A stretch of 64,000 bases of DNA from a virus (IMGVR_UViG_3300020576_002947:128001-192000), one strand, 5' to 3'; positions 28,857 through 39,005 are shown, counted from the first letter of the stretch. The notes: a model not told the origin generated them from the sequence alone. Program-made: numbers and translations.

Positions 28857-30289
28857 TTTGTCTCGACTCCGATACTTATCTCAAGGATCTCTCTTCCAAC
28901 TTGTAATTGAATATCTGCGTGTAAAAGCATGAAAGCTGGAGCAAACTCTATACCATTTCTAGTGATAGGATTACCTGTCACATTATCAAAAAGATTAATT
29001 TCTACTGCTATTACATTTAGCCTTAGATCTTTTAAGATAGACTCCAATAGACTTGACCATTCTTTCTTTACTCCAGGAACAGCTCTTTTGCCTTTGTATG
29101 AAGCTAGGAATGTATTGGCAGCGTCCATACCGACAGCAATAGCGTATGCTTCTCTTAGTAAGCTGGACCCTGATGACATTACGCCTCTGTAGATAGAAAT
29201 ACCAGCACCTGTCATTCTAACAGGTGCCATAATACCAACAGCAGCAAGGCTATCAAGTTCGGCTGCTGTTAGTGTAGGAACTAATGTTGTAATATCTAAG
29301 GATTTATTAGTAAAACCATTTAAAGGATTAATCCCCGCTAAAGACTCAACATTAAATCTTTCAAGACGTAAACCATTACGTAAAGAGTAATTACCTGATC
29401 CAAGAACAAGCCCAACCCAATCTGATCTAGAAGGTAGTATTGTAGGTAGATCTGTAAGATACTCTTCGATTGTGCCATCCACATTAGGAGCAGCAAAGAT
29501 GATTGGCTTAGGGGTTTGGTAATACTCTTCTAGATAAGATACTGCTTCATTCACTAGTGAGCTTGTAGCTTCTGTTAGCACAATAACAGATGTAATATTA
29601 TCTGTAGCTGATTCAAGACAAGTACGCAGATTTTCTGCGCTGAAATCATAGTCTAATCCACCTGACAAATAACTAGTGCCTGTTGTAAAAGTACTCCCAT
29701 GCTGATCCAAATAAACAGGTATAATTCCTAACTGATAGTATCTCTCAAGAAGGTGAGCAAGCTCATCGTAGTTTCCTGTAGTGCTGCAGGTTATTGTTGA
29801 GTATTCAGGTGTTAGACCACTAATAGTTAAAGTTGTAGATGTTTTGCTTATATAAACAGAGTTGTATTTCTCTCCTTCATACTTAGCTTTAAATACCCAA
29901 TCACCTAAGGTTAGTGATGCTCTAACTCCTGGGATTCTACATACAGTTGGGCTGCTACCAATAAATCTTTCAGCACATGTAACTAGATCGTACTTTCCTA
30001 GATACGGCCTATACCTAAATTCAGCTGATCCCGCGTACCCTAAACTACCAAAAAAAACACTGGCACCACTAACAACAGGCCTAAAAAGTACGTTGCTAAT
30101 ATCATTTATCTTTACGCCTGGCATAGCCAAGCACTCATAATCAAGCTCGAAAGAAGTTGCAGAACTACCTAGTGTAGTAAATTGGTTATAAAATGCAAAA
30201 GTTTTCTCAAAACTGGTAAAGTCTACTACTTGAAATGCCTCTGCACTTGGGCCATCTATTGCAGCACCTATAATAAGTGTTTCTGCCAT
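28853..30289 (-). CDS. Divergent tail-sheath paralog
   Basis: TLIIGAAIDGP..DFTSFEKTF, FKAKYEGEKYNSVYI, YLSGGLD and a sheath-like C-terminus align by eye with 26284..27993 (LIIGTALDGP, IRAVYPGRIYNSVSV, LSGGTN). Confidence 0.65.
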   Translation of the reverse strand: MAETLIIGAAIDGPSAEAFQVVDFTSFEKTFAFYNQFTTLGSSATSFELDYECLAMPGVKINDISNVLFRPVVSGASVFFGSLGYAGSAEFRYRPYLGKYDLVTCAERFIGSSPTVCRIPGVRASLTLGDWVFKAKYEGEKYNSVYISKTSTTLTISGLTPEYSTITCSTTGNYDELAHLLERYYQLGIIPVYLDQHGSTFTTGTSYLSGGLDYDFSAENLRTCLESATDNITSVIVLTEATSSLVNEAVSYLEEYYQTPKPIIFAAPNVDGTIEEYLTDLPTILPSRSDWVGLVLGSGNYSLRNGLRLERFNVESLAGINPLNGFTNKSLDITTLVPTLTAAELDSLAAVGIMAPVRMTGAGISIYRGVMSSGSSLLREAYAIAVGMDAANTFLASYKGKRAVPGVKKEWSSLLESILKDLRLNVIAVEINLFDNVTGNPITRNGIEFAPAFMLLHADIQLQVGREILEISIGVETK

Positions 30290-30807
30290 TGCTTATTCTC
30301 AACTATAGTAAAGGTACGCGTTTTTAAAATCTTTTCGTTTTCCTTACTATTTTGATTTAGAGGTTGAGTATTGGAGTGCCACCAAGCCATTTCTCCATTA
30401 TGTCTCTTAATAACATCAATAACTTTATAGCCCTCTCGCAAACAGATTAGGTTAATAGGCTTTTCTTGATTAATTATCCATTCTCCAGTATAAACAATAT
30501 CACCTATATTAGGTCTTATTACTGCTGGGAAGTGTATTGTAGGAGTCTCTCTTTGAACAAGGGCGAAATCTTCTTTTGAGCCTGGAACTTCAACATCGTA
30601 GCTAATTCTTGCACGGACAGCAAAAAGACCTGTCTTTTTACCAGTTCCTAGACATGAGGGACAAACCCCAGATGGGTCTCTAGCGCACTGAAGACAGGGA
30701 AACCTATCATCTTTATGAAGAACTACTAACCACTCTCCAATCTTGTCAATGAAATTAGAAACATTCTGTTCTAAATTCGGGCCTTTTTTAAAATCCCATT
30801 GCATCAT
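30268..30807 (-). CDS. Putative head closure/neck protein with Zn-binding Cys pairs
   Basis: CLQC...CPSCLGTG; positioned after the head-tail adaptor-like gene. Confidence 0.55.
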   Translation of the reverse strand: MMQWDFKKGPNLEQNVSNFIDKIGEWLVVLHKDDRFPCLQCARDPSGVCPSCLGTGKKTGLFAVRARISYDVEVPGSKEDFALVQRETPTIHFPAVIRPNIGDIVYTGEWIINQEKPINLICLREGYKVIDVIKRHNGEMAWWHSNTQPLNQNSKENEKILKTRTFTIVENKQWQKHLL

Positions 30808-30809
30808 TT

Positions 30810-32318
30810 TTAAAATCCCTGCCAGTCCCTACCGACGTATAAACTGCCGTTATTAAACGACTCGTGCCAATTAACGTTAAGCCAAGACTTTCTTGGCCCA
30901 GAATCGTTAAATTCTAGTAATTCAGACCATGACTGCAGGTCCTCTTGTGCGGTCTTTTTAGCTTCTACAATAGCCTGAATAAAATCTCTTGTAGTTGATT
31001 CTGAATAGTCCCCTAACTTCGTTGTTGTGCCAACGTATCTTAGTCTCTCATTTAAAATTGTGCAGATTAAGTTATATCTTGCTGCAGCCTCTACCCATCG
31101 AACTACAGCATGCCCTTCTCTAGACTCAGAGCGGAGAAGCTCTTCACTAAGGTTATTGAAGGAAATTCCAACCATAGTCAAGTATCGGGCATTAGCCTCA
31201 AGACTAGCTACGTGAAGGTGGTAATATAAAAAGTCTTCAGGATAATTCCCACTCTCAAATCCAAGTTTTGATTGGAGTAGTCTGATTCCACAATATAGTG
31301 GAGTGTACGTCCCTGTAAAGTACATGTAATAGTCTGATAGTACAGGCACACCTGTAATTGATGTTAGACCTTCTTTTACTTTAATTAAATATTTGGTATT
31401 TTCAGCTATTGATTCACTGGGCGTAAAAGTTAGTATCCTACCATTTAAGGCCCAACTACCAGAAACAGCGGTTTTATCGTACTCTCCGCTAACATCGTTT
31501 CTAGGGAGAACTTTCTCTTTAGTAAATTCTAAGTAGCTTGAATAACCTGCTGATGGGACCATAGACAGAGTTATTGTAAGATTAGGCCATGAACCTAAAT
31601 TACCTTGACCTGTTTCAGCACCAAAACTGACTAGCAAGGCAGATTGATTAATTGGGTCTAGGGTTGAAACATAAACAGGATCTCCATAATAAAAAGCTCT
31701 TACGTCTGACCATGCACCTGTAGCAGAGACAGAATAAGCTCTCACTCTCCAATAATAAGTGGTATCATCTACATAGGAGTAATTTGGGGTATAGGAAGTG
31801 CTGAGAGAGGCTTGTGTAAGTAAAGGAGCCTCCATAGTATAATTATCATCTAGCTGGAACTCATAAAGTGCTGATGAACTTACACTCGCCCATGTAAAGG
31901 TTGGGGCTGTTGAGTATGATTCATAATTAGCAGGTAAGATATTATCTTCTACTAAGTCAAGGTCAGTTCCTTCGACTGAGAATGTCCAGGTAGTTGGAAA
32001 GGCTGTCCTTCTACCAAAATAATCCTTGGCTCCCTCATTTATAATGAACTGATAAGACTCTCCTGTTTCTAAGCCACCTGATACTGTTAAAGTGGTGCAT
32101 AGAGTTCTTTGATCATAAGAGTCAAAGACAGTAGTAAGACTATCTCCATTGCTGACTTTAATTAGACGGACAAGCTCATTTCTTCTTGTATCGTCGCTAA
32201 ATTCAGACTGATCCATGTGGATAGACCAGTACAGATTTATATCAGGGTTCAGCCCTGAAATAATCTCATCCGCACTAGGACTAAAGTTAATCAGGTAAGG
32301 GATCTTTGCTGCAGCCAT
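30810..32318 (-). CDS. Ig-like/FN3 domain protein with C-terminal head-tail adaptor-like region
   Basis: Big_5-like segments (LETGESYQFIINEGAKDYFG; LTFTPSESIAENTKYLIKVKEGLTS), FN3-like YYWRVRA...GAWS, and a helical C-terminus; first gene after the capsid gene. Confidence 0.65.
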   Translation of the reverse strand: MAAAKIPYLINFSPSADEIISGLNPDINLYWSIHMDQSEFSDDTRRNELVRLIKVSNGDSLTTVFDSYDQRTLCTTLTVSGGLETGESYQFIINEGAKDYFGRRTAFPTTWTFSVEGTDLDLVEDNILPANYESYSTAPTFTWASVSSSALYEFQLDDNYTMEAPLLTQASLSTSYTPNYSYVDDTTYYWRVRAYSVSATGAWSDVRAFYYGDPVYVSTLDPINQSALLVSFGAETGQGNLGSWPNLTITLSMVPSAGYSSYLEFTKEKVLPRNDVSGEYDKTAVSGSWALNGRILTFTPSESIAENTKYLIKVKEGLTSITGVPVLSDYYMYFTGTYTPLYCGIRLLQSKLGFESGNYPEDFLYYHLHVASLEANARYLTMVGISFNNLSEELLRSESREGHAVVRWVEAAARYNLICTILNERLRYVGTTTKLGDYSESTTRDFIQAIVEAKKTAQEDLQSWSELLEFNDSGPRKSWLNVNWHESFNNGSLYVGRDWQGF

Positions 32319-32330
32319 AATTAATATACT
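32317..32330 (-). promoter_or_regulatory. Candidate promoter motif AGTATATTAATTAT
   Basis: Identical 14-mer at 50664-50677; both copies sit at or just before a start codon; this copy follows the capsid terminator, where a promoter would be needed. Confidence 0.35.
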
Positions 32331-32359
32331 CTAGAGCCGTGAAGTTACTAAGAAAAAAT

Positions 32360-32389
32360 AAAGGGAAGGTGAATAAACACCTTCCCTTT
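32360..32389 (-). terminator. Rho-independent terminator after major capsid gene
   Basis: Perfect 12-bp stem AAAGGGAAGGTG/CACCTTCCCTTT, 6-nt loop, ATTTTTT tail on the minus strand. Confidence 0.85.
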
Positions 32390-32412
32390 TGAGATTATCA
32401 CACGTAATTAAC

Positions 32413-33654
32413 TTAGCTCAATGTACGAACGGTGAAGAGAGCCTGATGGTTCTCGGCCACACGAATGTTCAAAGCCTTGCTGATAGCGCGACCACCGTCC
32501 TTAGTGGCTGTATCAAAGTACTTTCTGATCTTAAGAATGCTTGCATCCTTGAACCAATCCTCCATGCTGTCGATAGTGGTTGGACCCTTCTCAAGCAGCC
32601 AAAGAGCATTAGCAGCGTCGATCATGTACACACTAGCCAGAGCAGCTGTAGGAGTGTATCCTGAGCCGGGGCCACCTGACAGAGCAGTAGGACCATCTGA
32701 GATGTACATAGCGTAGTAGGGAACATGCATCAGATTGTAAGGCAGAGGTACGGCCTGTTCAAACTGAGGAGCAGAGTTCCAGAAGTTAGTGCCAAAGCTA
32801 CCTTGATGGTAGAACTGTGCCTTCATGATCGGATCTTGAGTAAACACAGCCCAGGTCATGGGATGAGCAAGGACGTGGCTTGGCTGGTACTGGCGTGAAA
32901 CCTGAATACTAACCATGCTCATAATGTCGCGGTGGTCAAGAGTATAGTTGGCATTGCCTGACACGTCCACACCTACCGTATGGTAAGTAGTATCGGTCGA
33001 GCTATTGTCAATAACTGTAACACCCTGGTCCAGCTTCTCCTTCAGCCTGCTTTCAACGAAGCGATTCATCGCATTGTTAGCAAGTCGAATATTAAGACCA
33101 ACCAAATCAAGGTTAGCTGACATTCTGGCTTCGTCACCGATAGCCATCTGCAGACCAGCCTTCTTGGCCTTCATATTTGCCGACTCAACGCTAGCGCTGA
33201 TCTTAGCTGTTGGATATTCTCCATTCAACTGAACCCAGTCAGCAGCCACAGCACCAATGTTGAACATTTCAACAGTCATGCTATTGTCGTTAGCAGGGAG
33301 AGAAACTCTCTGAGCTACCGCATTCTGGAGGAACAGACTAGGCTCCTTAGGCTCCCTAAGGATCTTAGTGACTGTCTCTTCCCAAAGAGGAAGTACGTCA
33401 ACACCCTGGAGGGCATCCTTTAGACTGCCAAGGAATCCGGGTACGTTCTCTAGACTTACGTTTAGTTGAGGAGTCTCTGTACCCTTCCTATCTGTCCCTG
33501 TCCACATAGCATGGAAGAGATCAAGAAGTCTCTCCTTAGTGTCCCAGGCCTCTTCAGGTGTTGCTGAGTTAGCAGCAGCAAACTTTTCGACAAGGGCGTA
33601 ACTCTCGGAGTTTGACTTATATTCTGTAAAGATTTTTCTTAGCTTATCGTTCAT
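32413..33654 (-). CDS. Major capsid protein (probably HK97 fold)
   Basis: 413 aa; portal-protease-decoration-capsid order; motifs LNGEYP, KAKKAGLQMAIGDEA, PSHVLAHPMTW, KIRKYF; strong terminator downstream. Confidence 0.85.
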   Translation of the reverse strand: MNDKLRKIFTEYKSNSESYALVEKFAAANSATPEEAWDTKERLLDLFHAMWTGTDRKGTETPQLNVSLENVPGFLGSLKDALQGVDVLPLWEETVTKILREPKEPSLFLQNAVAQRVSLPANDNSMTVEMFNIGAVAADWVQLNGEYPTAKISASVESANMKAKKAGLQMAIGDEARMSANLDLVGLNIRLANNAMNRFVESRLKEKLDQGVTVIDNSSTDTTYHTVGVDVSGNANYTLDHRDIMSMVSIQVSRQYQPSHVLAHPMTWAVFTQDPIMKAQFYHQGSFGTNFWNSAPQFEQAVPLPYNLMHVPYYAMYISDGPTALSGGPGSGYTPTAALASVYMIDAANALWLLEKGPTTIDSMEDWFKDASILKIRKYFDTATKDGGRAISKALNIRVAENHQALFTVRTLS

Positions 33655-33693
33655 CTTAGCTATTATCCTATTCCTTTTTATTATTCTCCAGTG

Positions 33694-35049
33694 TTAGCGT
33701 ACCCAAAGCTTGAGCTGGCCTACCACATTGGATAGATTCAAGAAGCTTGGAATACCTCTTGGGTTAGATGGAACAACTGTAGTACCGCTAACGGTGGCGC
33801 CAGCAGTCAGATTTGAACCATCAGTCAGTCCAGGAACACCAGGATCGAACTGAGCAAAAGCTGTGCGAGCATTAGTGATATAAGAGTAAGTTACTCGAAT
33901 AGCAGTCACTGTAATGTTTCCAGCAATTGTAATCAGACCGTTCGTTGGGTTCATGTCATGGAAATCGCCATTGAAGTCAGTAAGACCTGTTCTTCCTGTC
34001 GTTGGCAGAGTATACCAGTCACTTGAACTGTAGGTTGTAGAGTTTCCACTAATGTCAACCACAGTACCCTGAACTTCAACTGTCACAGGATGGTAAAGAG
34101 ATACAGGGTAGTATGCAACCCTATACTGCCGACCAGCAGTAACAGTGCTTGGAGTTTCAGCACTCACAGCAGTAACATTAAATCGAGAGCTCATCGGAGC
34201 ATAAAGACCACCATCAAGCTCATTCTTAACGAATGACATGAATGTGTCCTTGTCCTTGACTCTAGCAAGGTTCAGAACTTCGACTGCATCACCAGCAATC
34301 TGATCAGCACCCTGACCCCATTCGTACAGAACTGTCGTTACTGTAGAAGCAGGAAGAGCGGCTGTCCAAGAAGTAGAAGCCCAGGAGAGAGTCACAGAGC
34401 CAGTAACAGCAGCACCAGCGCCAGTGAACATTGCAACCACTCGAGGCTGAATACCAGGGTAAATAGCTTCTGTAAGGGCAAAAGTAGAGGCAGCGGCTGT
34501 AGCTACTGAGTAAAGCTTGCGGCCATTGAACTTAACAGGGATACCAACCTTCTTAGGATTAACTACTGAAGTGCTAGTAACAGTACCCCAGAATCCAGTA
34601 AGACGGTCGCCTGAATAAACTGTGCCATGAGCAGCGTTGTCAGCAACAATGTAAGGTACGTCAGCCCAAGCCTGCTTGGCAAAGGTAACCTGAGCACCAT
34701 CATTGGTGAAATAATTAGTCTTGGCGATGACCTTTGAAGGAGTCATACCAATAGGAAGAAGGTCGTTACCGTTGTGAAGAGTAAGAGCGGTCTGATCAGT
34801 GTTGGTAAGTGACCTTTGCCGAGAGCTGCCAGGATTAACTGCAACTCTGTTACCAACAGAGACAAACCTACCAGCGAGCATTGAAGCTCGGACTGTGGTA
34901 TCCCTCTCATCCTGATAGACAACAGGAAGGTAAGGGTCAGGCACCCATGTAAAGTTACCAGACCTGTGATCGCCCGAAATCGCTATGTCAGCATAAGACT
35001 GACCAGGATTTGGCGTTGATCCAAAAAAGTTATTGATATCGTAGCTCAT
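33694..35049 (-). CDS. Putative head decoration/capsid stabilising protein
   Basis: Between protease and capsid genes; beta-rich, Thr/Val/Gly-rich; PGVPGLTDG motif near the C-terminus. Confidence 0.55.
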   Translation of the reverse strand: MSYDINNFFGSTPNPGQSYADIAISGDHRSGNFTWVPDPYLPVVYQDERDTTVRASMLAGRFVSVGNRVAVNPGSSRQRSLTNTDQTALTLHNGNDLLPIGMTPSKVIAKTNYFTNDGAQVTFAKQAWADVPYIVADNAAHGTVYSGDRLTGFWGTVTSTSVVNPKKVGIPVKFNGRKLYSVATAAASTFALTEAIYPGIQPRVVAMFTGAGAAVTGSVTLSWASTSWTAALPASTVTTVLYEWGQGADQIAGDAVEVLNLARVKDKDTFMSFVKNELDGGLYAPMSSRFNVTAVSAETPSTVTAGRQYRVAYYPVSLYHPVTVEVQGTVVDISGNSTTYSSSDWYTLPTTGRTGLTDFNGDFHDMNPTNGLITIAGNITVTAIRVTYSYITNARTAFAQFDPGVPGLTDGSNLTAGATVSGTTVVPSNPRGIPSFLNLSNVVGQLKLWVR

Positions 35050-35082
35050 TTGTTATTGCTGTCTCCGATGTAATGCTAGAGG

Positions 35083-36933
35083 TTAAATTAGCTGCCTCGG
35101 CTTTTCATAGCTTTTATCTCCCATAAATGAAGTAAAAGCACTACTTTGATTATTTGTAGAGGGCACTTCATGACCATTACTCTCAGGTGTTACCTTAGGA
35201 TTTTGATCATTATCAGTATTCTCTGGCTTTGGAACATCTTCTGCCTTTAGAAGAAGAGTTTCAAGACGATGATTAGGAAGAACTGAGTAAGCCTTCCCGT
35301 ATTCCTTAGCACTCTCGAAAGAGATACCAAGCTTTCTACATAAGCCAACAAGGGCTTGAAGATAATTGTGATCCTTCTGAGTATCCTTGTATTGATTAAG
35401 GAGTGCATCAGGATCAGCAGGATTCTTGTCTGACTCTTCAATCTTAGCAAGAAGCTCAGAAGAAGTTAATTCAGTAGCGTCAATAGTTTCAATACTGTCG
35501 CCTAGAATATCAGACCTTATCCATCCAGAGACCATAGTAAGATCTCTACTTACGATACCTTCCTTGCTAACCACCCAACCATGCTGGATAGTCTCCTTAG
35601 TTAGCTCGCCAACTAGAAGATCAAGATCTGAATCGGAAACACTCTTTAGAGCCTCACCGATGGTCACAGGAGCAGGAGTAGAGTCCTCAGCAGGGATTAC
35701 TGGTTCAGTAGGAACTACTGGCTCAGCAGGTACTTCTGGTGTAGACGAATCAGTTGAATCGTCTGAAGGAGTCGGAGCATAAATTGTCTTTAGCTCATCA
35801 AGATTAGCCTCAATAAGCTGCTCCAAGGTGTCAGTCGGCTGGCTTTCTAGACAATCCAAGAACCCTCTAAAGCTCTTGTTCAGTGTCTCAAGTTCAACCT
35901 CACTCTCAGGGAGTGTTAGATTTAGTTTCTCAAATAGTACTTTGATTTCCATAGTTTTATTTTCCAAAGACTCCATTATTAGTGAGGCTTCTTGTGCAAT
36001 ATTTTCGTAATCGAAAGGTATATTATAAAGCGGTGCAGAACTGCAAGAATCTTTAAATGATAAATCTGGAGCAAAAGCGGTCATTGAATCTACGTCATCT
36101 GAAGTAAATTCTACAGCACCTGTCTCAGCATCAAGCATCTCATAAGACTCTCTGCCAATCATCTTTTGGGCAAGAAGTAGTTTTACAGCACTTTCACCAA
36201 TATCTTTTACCTGAATGCCTGCAAGTTCATCAGCAGGGGTTGGTGTAAAGGAGGTCTCAATTCCTGTCCATGAAGGTATGATCCAGTAACAAAGTTGTTT
36301 CTTACCATCAACAGTAACTTCATCACCCTTCCAATGCTTAATTGGCTTGCCTTCCTTCCAGAGCTTCAGTACATCTTGTCTTGTAATACTGTCAATGATC
36401 TGATGGGCTTCAACACCAATGCTTACATTAAGCATCTCTGCAGTCAGAATTTTTCTAATAGCTTCTGGGTTTGAGATCTGGCCGATCTCATCTAAAGTAT
36501 ATGTACCTTCCCATGATCCAGGTATTCCAGCCCCTCTTCGAGGAGTTTCTGACCCAGACTTTACTTTCTTACACTTAGCTACTATAATACGGCCCTGTAC
36601 TGAGTCTGTACTATAATAGTGATCAACAAAGAGAGGCTTACCGTGAGGTGTAACCATCGACCTATAGCCTGTAGGCTCAGTAGGGTGGTTATCGCCCTTA
36701 ATAGCTTTCTCTGTGTAAAGTGTAAAGTTCTTTGTAAGTCGATCAGCATGTGATGCTACAATATAAGGATAGATCGTTAGGATACTAGAAGCAGCCGCGG
36801 TACCATCCAAAAGAGTTTTAGCCGAGCTATCTAATAGCTCAGCTTTCTCGACCTTAGGCCTATTTTCAACTATTGAAGTACAAGACTCATATAGTTTGTT
36901 ATTTATTTTTCGGTAATCATTCATTGTATTCAA
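35083..36933 (-). CDS. Prohead maturation protease fused to scaffold
   Basis: HK97/herpes-type protease motifs KPLFVDH...VQGRI, NVSIG, ETSFTPTPAD; acidic Pro-rich C-terminal half. Confidence 0.8.
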   Translation of the reverse strand: MNTMNDYRKINNKLYESCTSIVENRPKVEKAELLDSSAKTLLDGTAAASSILTIYPYIVASHADRLTKNFTLYTEKAIKGDNHPTEPTGYRSMVTPHGKPLFVDHYYSTDSVQGRIIVAKCKKVKSGSETPRRGAGIPGSWEGTYTLDEIGQISNPEAIRKILTAEMLNVSIGVEAHQIIDSITRQDVLKLWKEGKPIKHWKGDEVTVDGKKQLCYWIIPSWTGIETSFTPTPADELAGIQVKDIGESAVKLLLAQKMIGRESYEMLDAETGAVEFTSDDVDSMTAFAPDLSFKDSCSSAPLYNIPFDYENIAQEASLIMESLENKTMEIKVLFEKLNLTLPESEVELETLNKSFRGFLDCLESQPTDTLEQLIEANLDELKTIYAPTPSDDSTDSSTPEVPAEPVVPTEPVIPAEDSTPAPVTIGEALKSVSDSDLDLLVGELTKETIQHGWVVSKEGIVSRDLTMVSGWIRSDILGDSIETIDATELTSSELLAKIEESDKNPADPDALLNQYKDTQKDHNYLQALVGLCRKLGISFESAKEYGKAYSVLPNHRLETLLLKAEDVPKPENTDNDQNPKVTPESNGHEVPSTNNQSSAFTSFMGDKSYEKPRQLI

Positions 36934-38539
36934 GGACCGAACCTAGTAAAGATGCTATGGCCTCAATATCTGGAAAGAGATCATAAGCTCCATCCTTTAA
37001 GGCAAAATATTGACTATCAGATAGATTATAGAGGTTACTGAGGTTGCTTAAGTAGGCATCTAGCTCAGCGAAAGTGGTTGGAACGCTAAATTCTTTGGCT
37101 TTTGCTGCCTTAGCCGCTTTTGTTTCAGAACCGTTATTACTCTTTTCATCTTGACCTGCTCCTCTACTGTCAGCCTTCACTTTAAGCAATGGGATCTGAA
37201 TCACATTTAGATGAGTAAGAGCCTTGTTGGGCATTCCAGGTAGGTCTGCGTTCTTCCTAGCTTCGCTAAGATCAACCAAGCCTTTAGCATAAAGATCGGC
37301 CCAGTGGTTCCTACTCTTGATCTTTTCATCCTCATCAACCTCAATTAGCCTGATAAATACACGATCATTCTCATTAGTGTAAGGATCGAAACCCTCTTCA
37401 TATAGGATCTGGTTAATAACCCAGAAAGAGAGAAGGTTTTCAAAGTTCTTAATTACCTGCTTCTTCTTTGGAAGGGTTAGTTCTTTGGCTGCTTGAGCAG
37501 CGCCTAAAGTACCTGTCTCCATACCCATAAGGAACGGGGTTACTCCAATACCAGAAAGAACTCTATTAGTAAAGATTTTTAAAATCTCTCCCATACGCAT
37601 AGCGTGAGATTCTGACCCAAAGTAATCAAACTCGTGATTAGGACCAGTAACTACAACACCACCAACAGGACCATTTCTATGCATTTGGTCTGCCTTCTCG
37701 ATTTCAGCAGCCAGACCTCCACCACCTTGACCTGTACCTAAACCACGTAAAACTTTGTGATGAATCAGCGGGTCCATGTGGTTCTTTGACATTACAAAGG
37801 TAGCTGCTTCAAGAGCTCTCAAGGTCTTAGTAGCTTCAAGAGACGCAAAGTTCAGTCCAAAGCCCCAGCGATTCTCAGCCTGCTCTTTATAAGCGAAATG
37901 GAAAAGATCCATTCCTTCCATATACTGATGTTCTTTAATCTTGGAAGGCTCAAACTTACTAATTAAACAATCTCCTGTCAGGAGTTGCTTTGCTTTGTTG
38001 GAAATCAAATTAGTAGGCTTCTTATCTCTTCGACTCCATACATCAACGCCATCAACAGTCTCTGGCTGGAGACTGCGAGCAGAAATCACTTCAAACCCAG
38101 AAATAGCATAAGGACGATCTTCATAGACACATCTATTTGCAGGGATTGACTGGTTGCCTCTCTTGATAGCCAAGAAACCATTGCCCAGCTTCCATGTTTC
38201 ATGGAATAAAGACTCGATGATTGTAGTGTAATGCTTTCCATTAGCAAGAGAAATTCTGTTTAGTCTTTTCTTTACTGTTTCAATTGCTTTTGCATTTTCA
38301 CCATCAAATCTAAAGCCTTTATAGCATTCAGAGTACATATTAATGGCTTGAGCAATAAGACCATCGCTTCGATAGGCCTTTTCACTATCCTCCATACGTC
38401 TTTCTGTATGCTTCTCAGATGAGTCTGAAAAGTATTGATAGTCTTCATTCCTACTTTTATGAACAAAGACTCTGGAGTCAAGTTGCTCATCAAGCCCTCG
38501 ACGATCATAATTATTTGCTCTTACGACTCTATCCAACAT
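36917..38539 (-). CDS. Portal protein
   Basis: 540 aa between terminase and protease; LFHFAY...WGFG, DPLIHHKV, RVLSGIGV, LYAKGLVDLSEARK. Confidence 0.8.
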   Translation of the reverse strand: MLDRVVRANNYDRRGLDEQLDSRVFVHKSRNEDYQYFSDSSEKHTERRMEDSEKAYRSDGLIAQAINMYSECYKGFRFDGENAKAIETVKKRLNRISLANGKHYTTIIESLFHETWKLGNGFLAIKRGNQSIPANRCVYEDRPYAISGFEVISARSLQPETVDGVDVWSRRDKKPTNLISNKAKQLLTGDCLISKFEPSKIKEHQYMEGMDLFHFAYKEQAENRWGFGLNFASLEATKTLRALEAATFVMSKNHMDPLIHHKVLRGLGTGQGGGGLAAEIEKADQMHRNGPVGGVVVTGPNHEFDYFGSESHAMRMGEILKIFTNRVLSGIGVTPFLMGMETGTLGAAQAAKELTLPKKKQVIKNFENLLSFWVINQILYEEGFDPYTNENDRVFIRLIEVDEDEKIKSRNHWADLYAKGLVDLSEARKNADLPGMPNKALTHLNVIQIPLLKVKADSRGAGQDEKSNNGSETKAAKAAKAKEFSVPTTFAELDAYLSNLSNLYNLSDSQYFALKDGAYDLFPDIEAIASLLGSVLEYNE

Positions 38540-39005
38540 TTAAAATTTCCTCAATTTCAGCAACAAAGGCATTGTAAACTAGAGGTTTGTACCAGTCATA
38601 GAACAAAACTTTTGTAGAGCTATTATTTTTTATTATTAGTTCAAAATCCTTTAGCAGTAGTTTTCTTTTTTCCTGAGCTTCAATCCACTGACTTTCTGTA
38701 ATACCTAAGCACAATGCTTCATCTAAGTAGGCAGACTCAGGGCCTCCTAGAATAAGATAAAAGTCGTAGTTAAAGAAATAACAGTCTACTTTTAACAAAC
38801 CATTAAAAGCACAATTCCACTTACCATCTAATGCAACATAGCTATTTTTAAATATAGGGTGCTCAGTAAGAAGTTTGGAAAGGAGGCTATCAAAAACCTC
38901 TTTTCTTTCCAGTTCTAAGCGGTCTCTGTTTGTCAATGCTTTTAGACATCGACCTAAAACAGAAGCTATCCATTTTTTTAGATTAGAAACTATTTTCGAG
39001 TACAT
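38529..39005 (-). CDS. Hypothetical protein, possibly a degenerate Vsr/DUF559-like endonuclease fold
   Basis: LKVDCYFF..DFYLILGGPES...EKRKLL...KVLFYDW resembles the Vsr pattern but lacks the catalytic E and H. Confidence 0.35.
   Translation of the reverse strand: MYSKIVSNLKKWIASVLGRCLKALTNRDRLELERKEVFDSLLSKLLTEHPIFKNSYVALDGKWNCAFNGLLKVDCYFFNYDFYLILGGPESAYLDEALCLGITESQWIEAQEKRKLLLKDFELIIKNNSSTKVLFYDWYKPLVYNAFVAEIEEILNVG

Noticed and set aside
26284-30289. Bacterial extracellular contractile injection system or tailocin locus (multiple sheath and tube genes)
   Set aside because: Terminase, portal, protease and capsid genes are present in the same operon, so this is a DNA-packaging phage
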